From Oleiagrimonas sp. (lineage in GTDB: Bacteria; Pseudomonadota; Gammaproteobacteria; Xanthomonadales; Rhodanobacteraceae), in contig NZ_JAQIBU010000178.1 in assembly GCF_027858935.1 (NCBI RefSeq), positions 1 through 45,581 of the forward strand: 45,581 bases of DNA, read 5' to 3'. Position 1 is the first letter of the stretch. The number at the start of each line of letters is the position of its first letter. The notes beneath the pieces were generated by a model. It searched no databases, was not told the DNA's origin, and saw nothing but the letters and a program-made list of their open reading frames with translations. Shown here in pieces: positions 1-9,841 of this stretch. A program made the position numbers and the translations under genes.

Positions 1-501
1 ATCGACGCGCTGGCCGAGGCGCTGCGCAGCGGACATCTGGCGGGCGCCGCCGTGGACGTGTTTCCCGTCGAACCCAAGAGCAAGGGCGACGAGTTCGTGT
101 CGCCGCTGCGCGCGTTCGAAAACGTGCTTCTGACTCCACACGTGGGCGGCAGCACGCAGGAAGCCCAGGCCAACATCGGACACGAGGTCGCGGCCAAGCT
201 GGTGCGTTACAGCGACAACGGCTCGACGCTCTCGGCAGTCAATTTCCCCGAGGTATCCCTGCCCGAGCACGCAGGCAGCCGCCGCTTGCTGCACATCCAT
301 CGCAACGTCCCGGGCATGCTTTCCCGGGTCAACGAGGTCTTCTCACGCGACGATATCAATATCGACGGCCAGTACCTGCAGACCGACAACGAGGTCGGCT
401 ACGTGGTCATCGACATCAGCGCTACCGAAGCTGCTACCGAAACCATCAAGCAGCAGTTGTCGGACATCGACGGCACCTTGCGCACGCGACTGCTGTACTG
501 A
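1..501 (+). CDS. serA: D-3-phosphoglycerate dehydrogenase, 3' part (gene starts before the window)
   Basis: Frame is open from base 1 (IDALAEALRSGHLAGAAVDVFPVEP); LTPHVGGSTQEAQ catalytic-His motif; C-terminal ACT domain (HIHRNVPGML...YLQT...GYVVID...TRLLY). Confidence 0.95.
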   Translation: MDALAEALRSGHLAGAAVDVFPVEPKSKGDEFVSPLRAFENVLLTPHVGGSTQEAQANIGHEVAAKLVRYSDNGSTLSAVNFPEVSLPEHAGSRRLLHIHRNVPGMLSRVNEVFSRDDINIDGQYLQTDNEVGYVVIDISATEAATETIKQQLSDIDGTLRTRLLY

Positions 502-518
502 GCCCCGGAGGAACGTAC

Positions 519-884
519 ATGGCGACCGGCGTGATCAATCTTGCGGACAAGCTGGCCCGCATCCGCGACCACTGGAAACCGCGCGTGGTCGCCGAGATGA
601 ACGACTACCAGTTCAAGCTGGTGAAGCTCGAGGGCGATTTCGTCTGGCACGACCACAAGGACACCGACGAGGTGTTCCTGGTGCTGGAAGGCGAGCTGGA
701 CATCGAATTGCGCGACGGCAGCGTGCACCTGTCCGCGGGCGAGATGTACGTGGTTCCGAAAGGCGTCGATCACCGCCCGCACGCCGCCGCGGAATGCCAC
801 GTGATGCTGATCGAACCGCGCGGCGTGGTAAACACGGGCGACGCCGGCGGGACGATGCAGGCCGAAAACGACGTCTGGATCTGA
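519..884 (+). CDS. cupin domain protein
   Basis: FVWHDHKDTDEVFLV and GEMYVVPKGVDHRP cupin motifs; GGAGG SD upstream. Confidence 0.9.
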   Translation: MATGVINLADKLARIRDHWKPRVVAEMNDYQFKLVKLEGDFVWHDHKDTDEVFLVLEGELDIELRDGSVHLSAGEMYVVPKGVDHRPHAAAECHVMLIEPRGVVNTGDAGGTMQAENDVWI

Positions 885-906
885 CCCGGTCCAAGCCGTC
901 CTGAGG

Positions 907-978
907 GACTTCAGGGTCGACTTCACGACTTCAGGGTCAGGTCTCGCCTTTCACGACTTCAGGGTCAGGTCTCGCCTT
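907..978. repeat. tandem and nested repeats of the transposase end motif
   Basis: Perfect 28-bp tandem TCACGACTTCAGGGTCAGGTCTCGCCTT at 923-950 and 951-978, preceded by partial copies GACTTCAGGGTC (907-918) and GACTTCA (919-925). Confidence 0.9.
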
Positions 979-1864
979 TTGCTTCCACCAGCTTCACAAT
1001 TCGTCTGACACGCGAGTAATGCAACCCGAAGTGCTCGCCGATTTCTCGCAACGTGTATCCACCGCTGGCATATGCAAACGCGATGGCCTCGTTGCGATCC
1101 GACGCTTGCGCGGCGTACTCCTCAATCGAATGCAAGCGCCCTGCGCGTTGTCGCTTGGGGACGTCCGTCAGTGGTTGATCGAGACGCTGCATACGTTCGT
1201 GCAGGTCATCGACAAACGTGTCGTTGCCCAGCATCACCTGATTGCGCAACTGCTCCCACGGTGAGGGTTGATCGCGCCCAAGGTCGACAAACGACTGGTA
1301 GGCCCGGGTCGCCTGGGCTCGTTTGGCTCCGAACGCAGAGAGTATCCAGTCACTCGACAAGCCGGCTGTAGCTGCCGACGCGCCGACCGTGGCCCGATAG
1401 CTGCTCCAGGGCCAGTCGCCTGCCCGACGCACCATGCGCGCACGCACCGGATTGAGCACGATGTAACGTGCCAACTCCAGCAGATAGGCCTCTTTCTGGA
1501 CCAAAATCGCCTTGAACCGCCCCTGGAACAGATGCCCTATCCGGTGGTGACGGCGATTGCTGTGCTGCGTGAACACACCATTGAGTTGACGCATACCTTT
1601 GGACAGATTCCCGTCCGGTGTCTCCACCAGCAGATGGTAGTGATTGTCCATCAGGCAATACGCGTGCAAGCACCAGTTGAAGCGTTTCACCACCGCACCC
1701 AGCACCTGCAGAAAGTCACGGCGATCCGTGTCGTCCTCGTAGATCGACTCACGGCGATCCCCACGCGCTGTGACGTGATACAGCGCTCCTGCAAATTCCA
1801 ATCTCAAGGGTCGAGCCATGTCCACAAGCTACTTGGGGTTTAGGCAAATGGCAAGACCTGACCC
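962..1864 (-). mobile_element. Y1/HUH transposase element bounded by 21-bp imperfect inverted repeats
   Basis: 962-982 GGGTCAGGTCTCGCCTTTTGC versus the reverse complement of 1844-1864, GGGTCAGGTCTTGCCATTTGC (19/21 identical); the left repeat overlaps the transposase stop codon. Confidence 0.7.
965..1819 (-). CDS. REP-associated tyrosine transposase-like protein (Y1_Tnp/IS200-like) with C-terminal HTH
   Basis: MARPLR...YHVTARG N-terminus, HUH motif NHYHL, GHLFQGRFK, catalytic Tyr in YIVLNPVRA, WPWSSY; C-terminal HTH GYTLREIGEHFGLHYSRVRRIV. Confidence 0.9.
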   Translation of the reverse strand: MARPLRLEFAGALYHVTARGDRRESIYEDDTDRRDFLQVLGAVVKRFNWCLHAYCLMDNHYHLLVETPDGNLSKGMRQLNGVFTQHSNRRHHRIGHLFQGRFKAILVQKEAYLLELARYIVLNPVRARMVRRAGDWPWSSYRATVGASAATAGLSSDWILSAFGAKRAQATRAYQSFVDLGRDQPSPWEQLRNQVMLGNDTFVDDLHERMQRLDQPLTDVPKRQRAGRLHSIEEYAAQASDRNEAIAFAYASGGYTLREIGEHFGLHYSRVRRIVKLVEAKGET

Positions 1865-1920
1865 CTTTCTTCTCTCTGACCCGAAGAATGACGGGGGCGG
1901 AAAAATAGTGACCCCATTGA

Positions 1921-2625
1921 TTATCTAATAAAGTCAACCATAAACGAATGTGATTTCGAGCAATCACTGTATATAACAACTCCTCCGAAGGTCTGTGCAA
2001 TTAAATCAAGCGCCTGATCCATAGTTATATTAGTCAGAGAACCAGGCAGGTGAGGCAGTCCGTTGGCCGGTAAGGCGATACCAAGATTGGTAACTCTTGA
2101 TGCCACATGGATGCCAAGCTTGTTCATTGCCGCATGCACGTCCTCACTACTCTCAAGAGCAGATATCGCCATTGAGGGGTTGTACTGTTCAATTGAGCTA
2201 AAAGTAATTGAGGAAATTCTTGTCTGGAGAACCGCATCCGACACCCTGCCTACCCTGATTCTAATGATCCCAGGCGGAGTCTCCGTAACCGCGATATTTT
2301 GTTGACCCCTAAATATATGCAAAACTGCAGCCAAGCCCGTTACATTCCTCGACGGGGATTGCACGTCTATCTTCGGAAATAAATTAGGATAACCTTCGTC
2401 TGCATGACAGAATGTTGAATAGTAAATGCGCCCCACTTTATCATTTTTCTTCAATACAGGCAAAAGATATTTGAGTACAGCATATTCGTTACGCCAGCCC
2501 TGGGTCTGCAGAACTTCTTGTTTTGAGGACAACGTATCTGTCTTCTGGCATCCGAAAAGGCTTCCTAGCATCAGGATGGGTAGAATTATTGAATGCCACT
2601 TGAAATTTTCACGTCTAAGAATCAT
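1921..2625 (-). CDS. lipoprotein, putative immunity/partner protein of the upstream RHS-core toxin
   Basis: Hydrophobic N-terminus with lipobox LFGC; AT-rich; start overlaps the stop of the RHS-core gene by 4 nt. Confidence 0.7.
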   Translation of the reverse strand: MILRRENFKWHSIILPILMLGSLFGCQKTDTLSSKQEVLQTQGWRNEYAVLKYLLPVLKKNDKVGRIYYSTFCHADEGYPNLFPKIDVQSPSRNVTGLAAVLHIFRGQQNIAVTETPPGIIRIRVGRVSDAVLQTRISSITFSSIEQYNPSMAISALESSEDVHAAMNKLGIHVASRVTNLGIALPANGLPHLPGSLTNITMDQALDLIAQTFGGVVIYSDCSKSHSFMVDFIR

Positions 2626-3635
2626 GGCTTAATCACCGTAACGGTATTTGTGATGAGACCATTGTAGGCTTTATTTTCATGCCTAAACTCAGATGTTAAA
2701 TGATAGTCTACTCCTTGATATCTTACGACAAATGTCTGAGTTGTAATATAGTCAGCGATTCTAGGAGGTTTCACTGGAGGAACCCATCCAACGACGTCAA
2801 TCGCTACCCCTTTTGTCATCGGAACAAATGGCAGGTGATTTCCATTTATAGTTATGTCTGGCGTAATGTGTTCTTTCCAACTATAACCAGATCCTGTAAT
2901 GGCTACTCCGCGAGAGCCTTCCAGTTGGTAGAAGTAGTACGAAAATGTACCCTCATTTAGAGTTTTTACTATTACAAACTTAGCTGGCAAACGCGTCGGC
3001 GAAAGCTGCCTCGCCATCTGCGACGCCGTGGATGTTGCCGGCGAGGGTGATGATGGAGCTGAGCTATTGGCTGAATTACCTGACCCTTGTCCATCACCTG
3101 AATTTGATGTTTGCTGTTGACCTCCATCTGAAACATCAACACCAAAATCCTGCATGCCATGTCCGCTACCAGGAGCGCCTGTTACATTGCATGGAAATCC
3201 CGGTTCACACATGGAATCTGGATTATCAGGAGACTCTCCTGTTGGATCCGTGTTCAGGATTGGATTGTTGTTTGCATAATCATACCGATTGAAATTGAAT
3301 ACACTGCCCGATGTCAGGGCTATAGGATCAGGGCTCAAAACCCGTCCGACCTCCGGATCATAGTACCGCGCCTGCATGTACACCAACCCAGTATCCGTAT
3401 CCTCCACATGCCCACTATACCCCGGCCCATGCTCCGCCATACCCAGCACCTGCGCCCCATACGGCCGGTACGCCGCCTGCTTGATGACCGCCCCCTGCGC
3501 ATCGGTCTCGACCACCGGCGTCCCCTGCGCATCGGTCAGGTAGATCGTCACCGTGGTCTTGGCCCGCGCTGGCGCCGACAGCACGGCGCACAGCAGCCCG
3601 AGTACCACCCCGAATGATGCCATGCCTTTGCTCAT
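2622..3635 (-). CDS. signal-peptide RHS repeat-associated core protein with variable C-terminal (toxin-like) domain
   Basis: ATG at 3635 with GAGGG SD; Sec-type signal (MSKGMASFGVVLGLLCAVLSAPARA); core motifs TDAQGTPV, YRPYG, GLVYMQARYYDPEVGRVLSPDP, NRYDYANNNPILNTDPTG; AT-rich C-terminal region. Confidence 0.88.
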   Translation of the reverse strand: MSKGMASFGVVLGLLCAVLSAPARAKTTVTIYLTDAQGTPVVETDAQGAVIKQAAYRPYGAQVLGMAEHGPGYSGHVEDTDTGLVYMQARYYDPEVGRVLSPDPIALTSGSVFNFNRYDYANNNPILNTDPTGESPDNPDSMCEPGFPCNVTGAPGSGHGMQDFGVDVSDGGQQQTSNSGDGQGSGNSANSSAPSSPSPATSTASQMARQLSPTRLPAKFVIVKTLNEGTFSYYFYQLEGSRGVAITGSGYSWKEHITPDITINGNHLPFVPMTKGVAIDVVGWVPPVKPPRIADYITTQTFVVRYQGVDYHLTSEFRHENKAYNGLITNTVTVIKP

Positions 3636-3646
3636 GATCTGATCCC

Positions 3647-6600
3647 TCAGTCGTTCACGACACTGGCGGCAACCGGCCCTTTCCAGGCCGAGCACCCCAC
3701 TGCGTTGCACGCGCGTAACCAGACCTGCGCGGATGTTGTCGCGTTGGCGATCTGTATCGAATAGCTCAGCGCGGTGGTGGACACGGTGGTACACGTCGAG
3801 CTTCCGTTCAGGCAGTACTTGAGGTCATAGCTCGTCGTTTAGGCCACGCTGGGCCAGTTGACATTCAGATAGGTTCTCTCGGGTGGGCGCAGATCAATAT
3901 ATGACCGATGCTCGACAACCGCGGTGACTGTGGTCGGTGTTTGCGGCGGTACCGTTACCGCCACACTCTGGCTTGCGCTCCAGCCGCTGCAACCGCCGAC
4001 ATTGCAGGCGCGCACTCGATAGCCATAGGTCGCATTGGTCTTGCCGCTGACGGCTTTACTGGTGGCACCGCCGCTGTACACCGTGCTCCAACTGCCGCCG
4101 TTGACCTGCTCCTGCAGGGTGTAGCTGGTTGCGCCACCGACGCTGTTCCAGCTCACCGTGTAGCTGCCGGTGGTATTGGTAGCCGGCACATTCAGACTCG
4201 GCGAACTGCCTGGCGGGAGGGTCACCGCCACGCCGCTGCTGCCGGCCCGGAACGCGCTGCAACCGCTGGCATTGCAGGCCTTTACCTGATAGGTCCACGT
4301 TCCGGTGCTGGTCTCGTGGGCGCTATAGCTGGTGCCGCTGCCGTTGTAGATCGTGACCCAGCCGCTGACACCACTTTCTGCGTGCTGCAGGATGTAGCTG
4401 GTCGCGGTGCTGGACGCTGCCCAACTGACGGCCACCGTGCCGCTGCTGGTCGCCGGGAGGCTGATGCTGGCCGGTTCCGGGGGCACATGCAGCACGCTCA
4501 CGGTCACCGTGGCGCTCCAGCCGGTGCATACACCGGACGTGCAGGACTGTGCCCGGTAGCCATACGTGCCATTGCCCAGGCCACTGCGTGCCACGCTGGT
4601 GCCGCCGCCGTCGTAGATCTGGCTCCACGACCCTCCGTTGAGCTGCTGCTGGACCACGTAGCTGGTCGCCTCCGGCACCGCGGTCCAGCTCACCGTATAG
4701 CTGCCGCTCGTGCTGCTGGACGGGGCGCTCAAGGTCGGTGGCGTGTTGGGCAGGGGCGGCAGCGTGAAGCTGCCCGAGCCGCTCAGTGCATTGTTCGCAT
4801 TACCTACAGGTGAATCGCCGTACACGTACAGCTTCTGGCCCCCATGGCTGGAGCGCATGGACGCGGTCATCGCGATCGCGAAGCGGTAATGCGTGCCGGT
4901 GGTGCCGCAGGCCGTCGCTACGGCTGACCCGCTGCTCTGGTTGGCCGTGGCCGTGGCAATACGCGTGCCGCCACCGCCCGACGGGCCGCCGGCGAAGACC
5001 TCCACTTCGACCGAGTCGAGCAGGCCCAGCCGGTCAGCGTCTCGTTGCCGCTGGCGTCTGCCGTCAGGCCGTCAACGTTGCCGATAATGGCCGAGCTGTT
5101 GGTCGTCACCTTGGCAATCAACCGCTTGCCCATGTGGATGTAATCGCTGGTGTCGCCGGTGTTCGGGCTGTAGTTCATCATCAGCTGCCCGGCCGCGCTG
5201 TAGACCGCATAGGTCTTCGCGCCGTCGGCCGCGATGGTCTTGACCCGGCGGCCGGACGCGTCGTAGCCATAGCTGTCCTTGCCCACCACCTGGTCGAGCT
5301 GGTCGGCCTGGTCGAACAGCAGACTGGTGCTGTCCTTGGCGGTGGTGTTGCCGCGGGCGTCGTAGGTGAAGCTGTGCAGCGTGGAACCGCCGCTGGCAAT
5401 GCTGGCCAGTCGGTTGGTGGCGTCATAGGTGTATGTGGCCGTCACGCCGCCGTTGGTCATATGCGTAAGGTTGTTGAGTGCGTCATAGCCGTAGCCCATG
5501 GAGCCCCACAGGTGGGTATCCGTGGCCGCGGTCAGACGGTTGAGACCATCGTATGTAAACGACGCGTTGCGCGTGCCATCGACCAGATCCGTGATCTGCG
5601 TAATGTTGGCGTTGTTGTCGTAGGTCAGGTCCTCGCTGAAGACCTGGCTGCTGCCTTGCGCGTAGCTGATATTGCGCAGAATCTGGCGGGTGTTTTCTTC
5701 GGCGACATACTCGGACCCGCCCATGTAAGTCAGGTATTCGAGGTGCCCGTCCGGATAGTATGTGGCCCCGCTGGCGTAGGTGCCGGCCTCGGTGGGGCGG
5801 CCCAGCGCATCGGGGGCATACGGGACCACAGTGCCATCCGGATAGGTGGTGCTGGCCAGGGCGCCGTTGGCGTCGTAGGCATAGGTGAACGGCCACTGGT
5901 AGCCGTCGATGGACAGCGTCTCGCCGGTCAGCTCGCCGGTGGCGTTGTGCGTGTAGGACCAGTCGGCGCCGTCCGAGGGCACGCTGGAACTGGCCAGGTT
6001 GCCGCGCGGGTCGTAGTGGAAGCTGGCGCTGCCGACGCCGTCGGGATAGTTGATGCTGAGCACCCGGTTCAGGGCGTCGTACGTGCGCGTGACCTGGGCC
6101 CCTGCGGGAACTTGCGACTGCCCGCAGTCGGTGCCGGTGATGGTCTGCCCCTCGGCGCTCCAGGCGAGGTTGCCGGCCGCATCGTAGGCCATCACCGTGC
6201 TGCCGCTTTCCGGCTCGGTGCGGCGGCACAGGCGCTGCTGGGCGTCGTACACCAGGGTCTTGGTCAGAAGCTCGCCGCCGCCGGACTGGGTGATGGACGT
6301 CGGGTTGCCGTAGATGTTGCGGGTGATGGTCTGGGTGACGCCTTCGGGCGCCTGCACCTCGATCACGCTGTCGTAGGTGGGCGTGTCGAAGACCTGGTAG
6401 CTGGTCGTGGTGACGTTGCCGTTGGGGTCGGTGACCTGCTTGCGCGCACCGCTCAGGTAGGCGGTGGTGGACGTTACGCTGCCGCCTGCAGTTTCGGAAT
6501 CCTGGTCGACTTCGATCTCCCGGCCCAGCGTGTCGTACGAGGTGTGCGTGCCGAGCGTCAGGGCCGACACGTCCGGGCTGCCGGAAACCGGATACGACGC

Positions 6601-9095
6601 GAACGTGGTCTGCCCGCGCCAGTTGTAGGCGTTGGCCGCGGTGACATCCGAACCGCTGGTGCCGCTGATGTAGGTATCGGTCAGCAGCGGACGCAACTCG
6701 GCATCGAAGTACGTTACGTGTCGCGCGTTGCCCTGGCTGACAGTCCGGTCCCAGTGATCGCCGACGATGCCGCGCTCGGTGCCGGTAATGAAGCTGTAGG
6801 TGAAGGTGGTGGGATTGCGTGCCGGCGTGTCGGCCGGGTAGTCGATTCCGGTGACCCTGCCGATCGCGTCGTAGCTGTAGTTTGTCGTGTTGCCGGCCTG
6901 GTCGGTGATGGCCGTGATGTCGCCAAACGTATCGACGGCCAGCGACTCGCTGGTGCCGTCGGAATAGCTTATGGCGGTCGGGATGCCGCGGACGTAGCTG
7001 GACAGGCTGGTGGTGTGGCCGTTGGCATCCGTGAAACTGGCCAGTTGCCCGGCACTGTTGAAGGTGTAGTCCATCACCTTCTGGCCGAAGTGATAGCGTG
7101 TTTGCAGCGTGTCGTTGGACGGATTGTAGTCGTACTTGTTTACAACGGCTTGAACCGAATGGTCCGATGGATTCAGGGTATCCGTTTCCTGCGGCAGACC
7201 CTGGCACCACAGCGTCGTGCCGTCGTAGTACGTGGTCTGGGTCTCGTCAGGAACCTGGCCTGCGATCGAGTTGTAGCGCTTGGTTCTGGTGACCCGGGCG
7301 CATTGGTCGTAGGCCTCCGACAACCAAGTGTAGGTATCGCCATCCTGGACGATCTGCCTTTCCTGCAGCGGCGAATACTCCGTGAGCTGGGCCTGGTTGA
7401 GCCAGGGATACAACAACCCACCCGCCGAAGCAGGCCAAGGCCGTGTGTTCGGGTCCGGGGTCGGATCCGCGTACTGCACATTCTTGACCGATCTCATCAG
7501 GGTGGACGAACCCGCCGCCCCCACGTAGTAGTCGGTTTCCAGCAAGTGGCTTTCGGTGACGTCGAACTTGTTGCTGAAGGTGCGCCGCACCGTGCTGCCG
7601 TCCGGATGGATCACGTCCGTCCAGACTGTGGTCGGGCACGATCCGGTGCAGGTATCCCAACTCGCATTGGGCGCGGAGTATTGATACTGCCAGGTCCGCG
7701 TGGGCACACCGGCGCCCGATACCGCGCGCTGGGTAATCGTGAAGTCGTACCATTCCTTGGGGATATATGCGTACGTCCCCGAATAATCGGCCGTGGCTAC
7801 CCCTTCGGTATTCGCGCAGCGTTGCGGTACAAACGACCGGCCATGCGGCATGCTCTTGACCGTGAAGGTTCCGGTCAGACCCGATGGATGAACGATACTC
7901 GCGGAGATCGCGTCGAGATCTTTCGGGACGCTGACCGAATTGCATGAGCCGCCGGTGGTGGGGTCGACCAGATAAGGTAGCGCTACGAAATTCCCAAGGT
8001 TGTACTTCCATTGACTGCCATCGGGCAGCGTCACGGACTGCAGCGTCGTCAAGCTTCCGCCGTAGAGCGGATTGGTGAATGTCGTGTAGGCATACGTCCA
8101 GGTTCGTGGCGCACCGGCCGATGGCTGCAATGTCACGCTCTGCACATTCCCCGCGCTGTTGTACTGAACGCTCAATGCACGGCCGTCGCTGGCCGTGATG
8201 CCGGTCAGCGCTCCGCCCGAGTTGTAACTGTAGGTCAGAGAATTGCCGAACCGGTCCACGACCTTGGTGACCAGCAGGAAGGCCACTTGCCGGCCGAGAC
8301 TGCTCGAAATCGGCGTATTCCCGTTCCACGTGGTTTGGGATGCGCCCAGCGCCAAACCATACGTCAATTCATTGAAGTAATATTGAGTACCGTCGGGAGC
8401 TTGCGCGATGAATCCATCGCCTGGTTCACCATTGGCGGTCGTGGACTCGGAAATACAGCTCAATCGCCAGTGGTTGTTGGTGACAGCCGGATAGGTTCCG
8501 TTGGTTGCGGCATCCTGATTTTTCAGGATGTCCTGGCTGCCTTGCCCCGGAATGATCAAATGATAATCCTGCCACCATTGCCCTGGGGCCCACTCCGTTG
8601 CGCCAGAGCTCCCAGTGATATTCGTGTAAAGCATTGGCGGCGACCCGAAATCTTGACAGCGCATGTTGCTGCCGTTGCCCACCACCTATCCCGTCACTTT
8701 TTTCCAAGTGCTCGAGACGCTCACCCACGCAGTTGGGGGGTCAAGGTCCGGATACGCGGCAAGTCGATGGTCCAGTAGCCGATCAACTTCTCCGCACTGG
8801 TGGCGGAGGCTGATGCGCCTTTGAGCTCGAACGCACGCGTGAACTGCAAGACTGGGCCATTCCCACGGGCACTGACGTCCGTGACGGTAAATGACAAGTG
8901 GCCGTTGTACAGGCCGATGTTTTCGCCAAAGGGATGCGTTCCCAGCGGATGGATGGCCTGATCGACCCGAATCAGTTTCCTGTATTCGGCTTCCGGCTGT
9001 GCGTTTTGCCCCCATGCAGGCACCACGATCGCAAGTAGAGTCAGCGCAGCCAGGCACACACGTGCCCATCCTTGGTTCGTTTCCATGCCCTTCAT
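3647..9095 (-). pseudogene. giant secreted RHS/YD-repeat protein with four C-terminal Fn3-like repeats, disrupted
   Basis: Signal peptide in ORF 8721-9095; frameshift near the homopolymer at 8735-8740; in-frame TAG at 8686-8688; YD repeats in 4918-8685; frameshift near 5014; Fn3-like repeats (SYTVSW...YRVRACN..GCSGWS) in 3839-5005; in-frame TAA at 3839-3841, after which the fourth repeat continues (TTSYDLKYC...VWLRACNAVGCSAWK) to TGA at 3647-3649. Confidence 0.85.
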
Positions 9096-9305
9096 CCCCG
9101 ATGAACCCCCTCAAAGCCCACATTGCACGGGCAACATGTTTACGAACCTATACCCGAATCATGGAAATCTTCAAGTAGGGGATGCCTGATATGTGCGTAC
9201 GGCATTACTTACATGCATTCTGATCGGCGTGTCCTCAAGATCTTGTCGCAGGCCAAGAAACGCTGGCTGCACAACGGTCACCGGCGTCGGATACATGCGA
9301 ATTCC

Positions 9306-9462
9306 TCAACGGTCGTGGAGCGATACCACGTTCAAGGTCACCAAGGCTGTGTTGGCCTGCTGGCCGCGTACCAGGAGCATGACTGTGCTGCCAGGTTTGT
9401 AGTCGGACACGGCCTTGTTGAACCCGGCCACGATGGTGGCCATGCGTTGACCGAGCATCAGC
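9306..9462 (-). pseudogene. fragment resembling the C-terminal PDZ domain of a DegP/Do serine protease
   Basis: LMLGQRMATIVAGFNKAVSDYKPGSTVMLLVRGQQANTALVTLNV resembles HtrA PDZ2 C-termini; no protease domain upstream. Confidence 0.5.
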
Positions 9463-9469
9463 GGCGTTC

Positions 9470-9577
9470 GTCGGGTTAGTGTTACCAACTCGACATACAA
9501 ACCACATGCGGCGACATGTCCGGATTCGGCCCGCAAGGCGAGCATGCTGTCGGGTTGATGAAGCCAACCCGACCTAC
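9470..9577 (-). repeat. two REP-like palindromes (GTAG-type)
   Basis: Minus strand of 9548-9577 reads GTAG-GTCGGGTTG-GCTTCAT-CAACCCGAC-A; degenerate copy GTAT-GTCGAGTTG-GTAACAC-TAACCCGAC at 9470-9498. Confidence 0.65.
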
Positions 9578-9642
9578 GAGACTGCTAACGTCAAGACCGT
9601 CGGGTGCGGCACCCCGACCGGATTCGGGCGCAACGACCGGGC

Positions 9643-9676
9643 AAAAAAAAACGGCGCCGCAAGGACGCCGGTTTTT
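9643..9676 (-). terminator. intrinsic terminator downstream of tRNA-Pro, possibly bidirectional
   Basis: A9-CGGCGCC-GCAA-GGACGCCG-GT5: GC stem flanked by A and T tracts. Confidence 0.8.
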
Positions 9677-9695
9677 CGAAATTGGTCTGCCGCAG

Positions 9696-9772
9696 TGGTC
9701 GGGGCGGCGAGATTCGAACTCGCGACCCCTACAACCCCATTGTAGTGCGCTACCAGGCTGCGCTACGCCCCG
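9696..9772 (-). tRNA. tRNA-Pro(GGG)
   Basis: 77 nt CGGGGCGTAGCGCAGCCTGGTAGCGCACTACAATGGGGTTGTAGGGGTCGCGAGTTCGAATCTCGCCGCCCCGACCA; anticodon arm CTACA-ATGGGGT-TGTAG; TTCGAAT T-loop; encoded CCA. Confidence 0.96.
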
Positions 9773-9841
9773 ACTGGGCGGCAAATCAAGAGGAGCGATT
9801 CTAGCAGGAGCGGCCCCGGTTCCGGTAGCCGCCGGGTGCAA

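Noticed and set aside
907-978. 28-bp repeats as a mini CRISPR array
   Set aside because: The copies are directly adjacent with no spacers, match the transposase end motif, and no cas genes are present.
2622-3794. 390-aa version of the RHS-core ORF given in the ORF track
   Set aside because: The extra 53 codons overlap the last Fn3 repeat of the upstream pseudogene; the ATG at 3635 has an SD and begins a signal peptide.
4786-7947. 1053-aa plus-strand ORF and other long antisense ORFs (e.g. 24156-26042, 26043-27935, 29741-31588, 33915-35486, 35846-37426)
   Set aside because: They are shadow frames opposite well-supported genes in GC-rich DNA and have no recognisable motifs.
3839-8740. Programmed recoding (stop readthrough or phase variation) of the RHS gene
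   Set aside because: Four lesions of different kinds (TAG, TAA, two frameshifts) are better explained by decay; a 6-nt homopolymer is short for phase variation.
885-9772. Integrase-type genomic island at tRNA-Pro
   Set aside because: I found no duplicated tRNA 3' end near the left boundary and no integrase gene; the block is accessory but att sites are unsupported.
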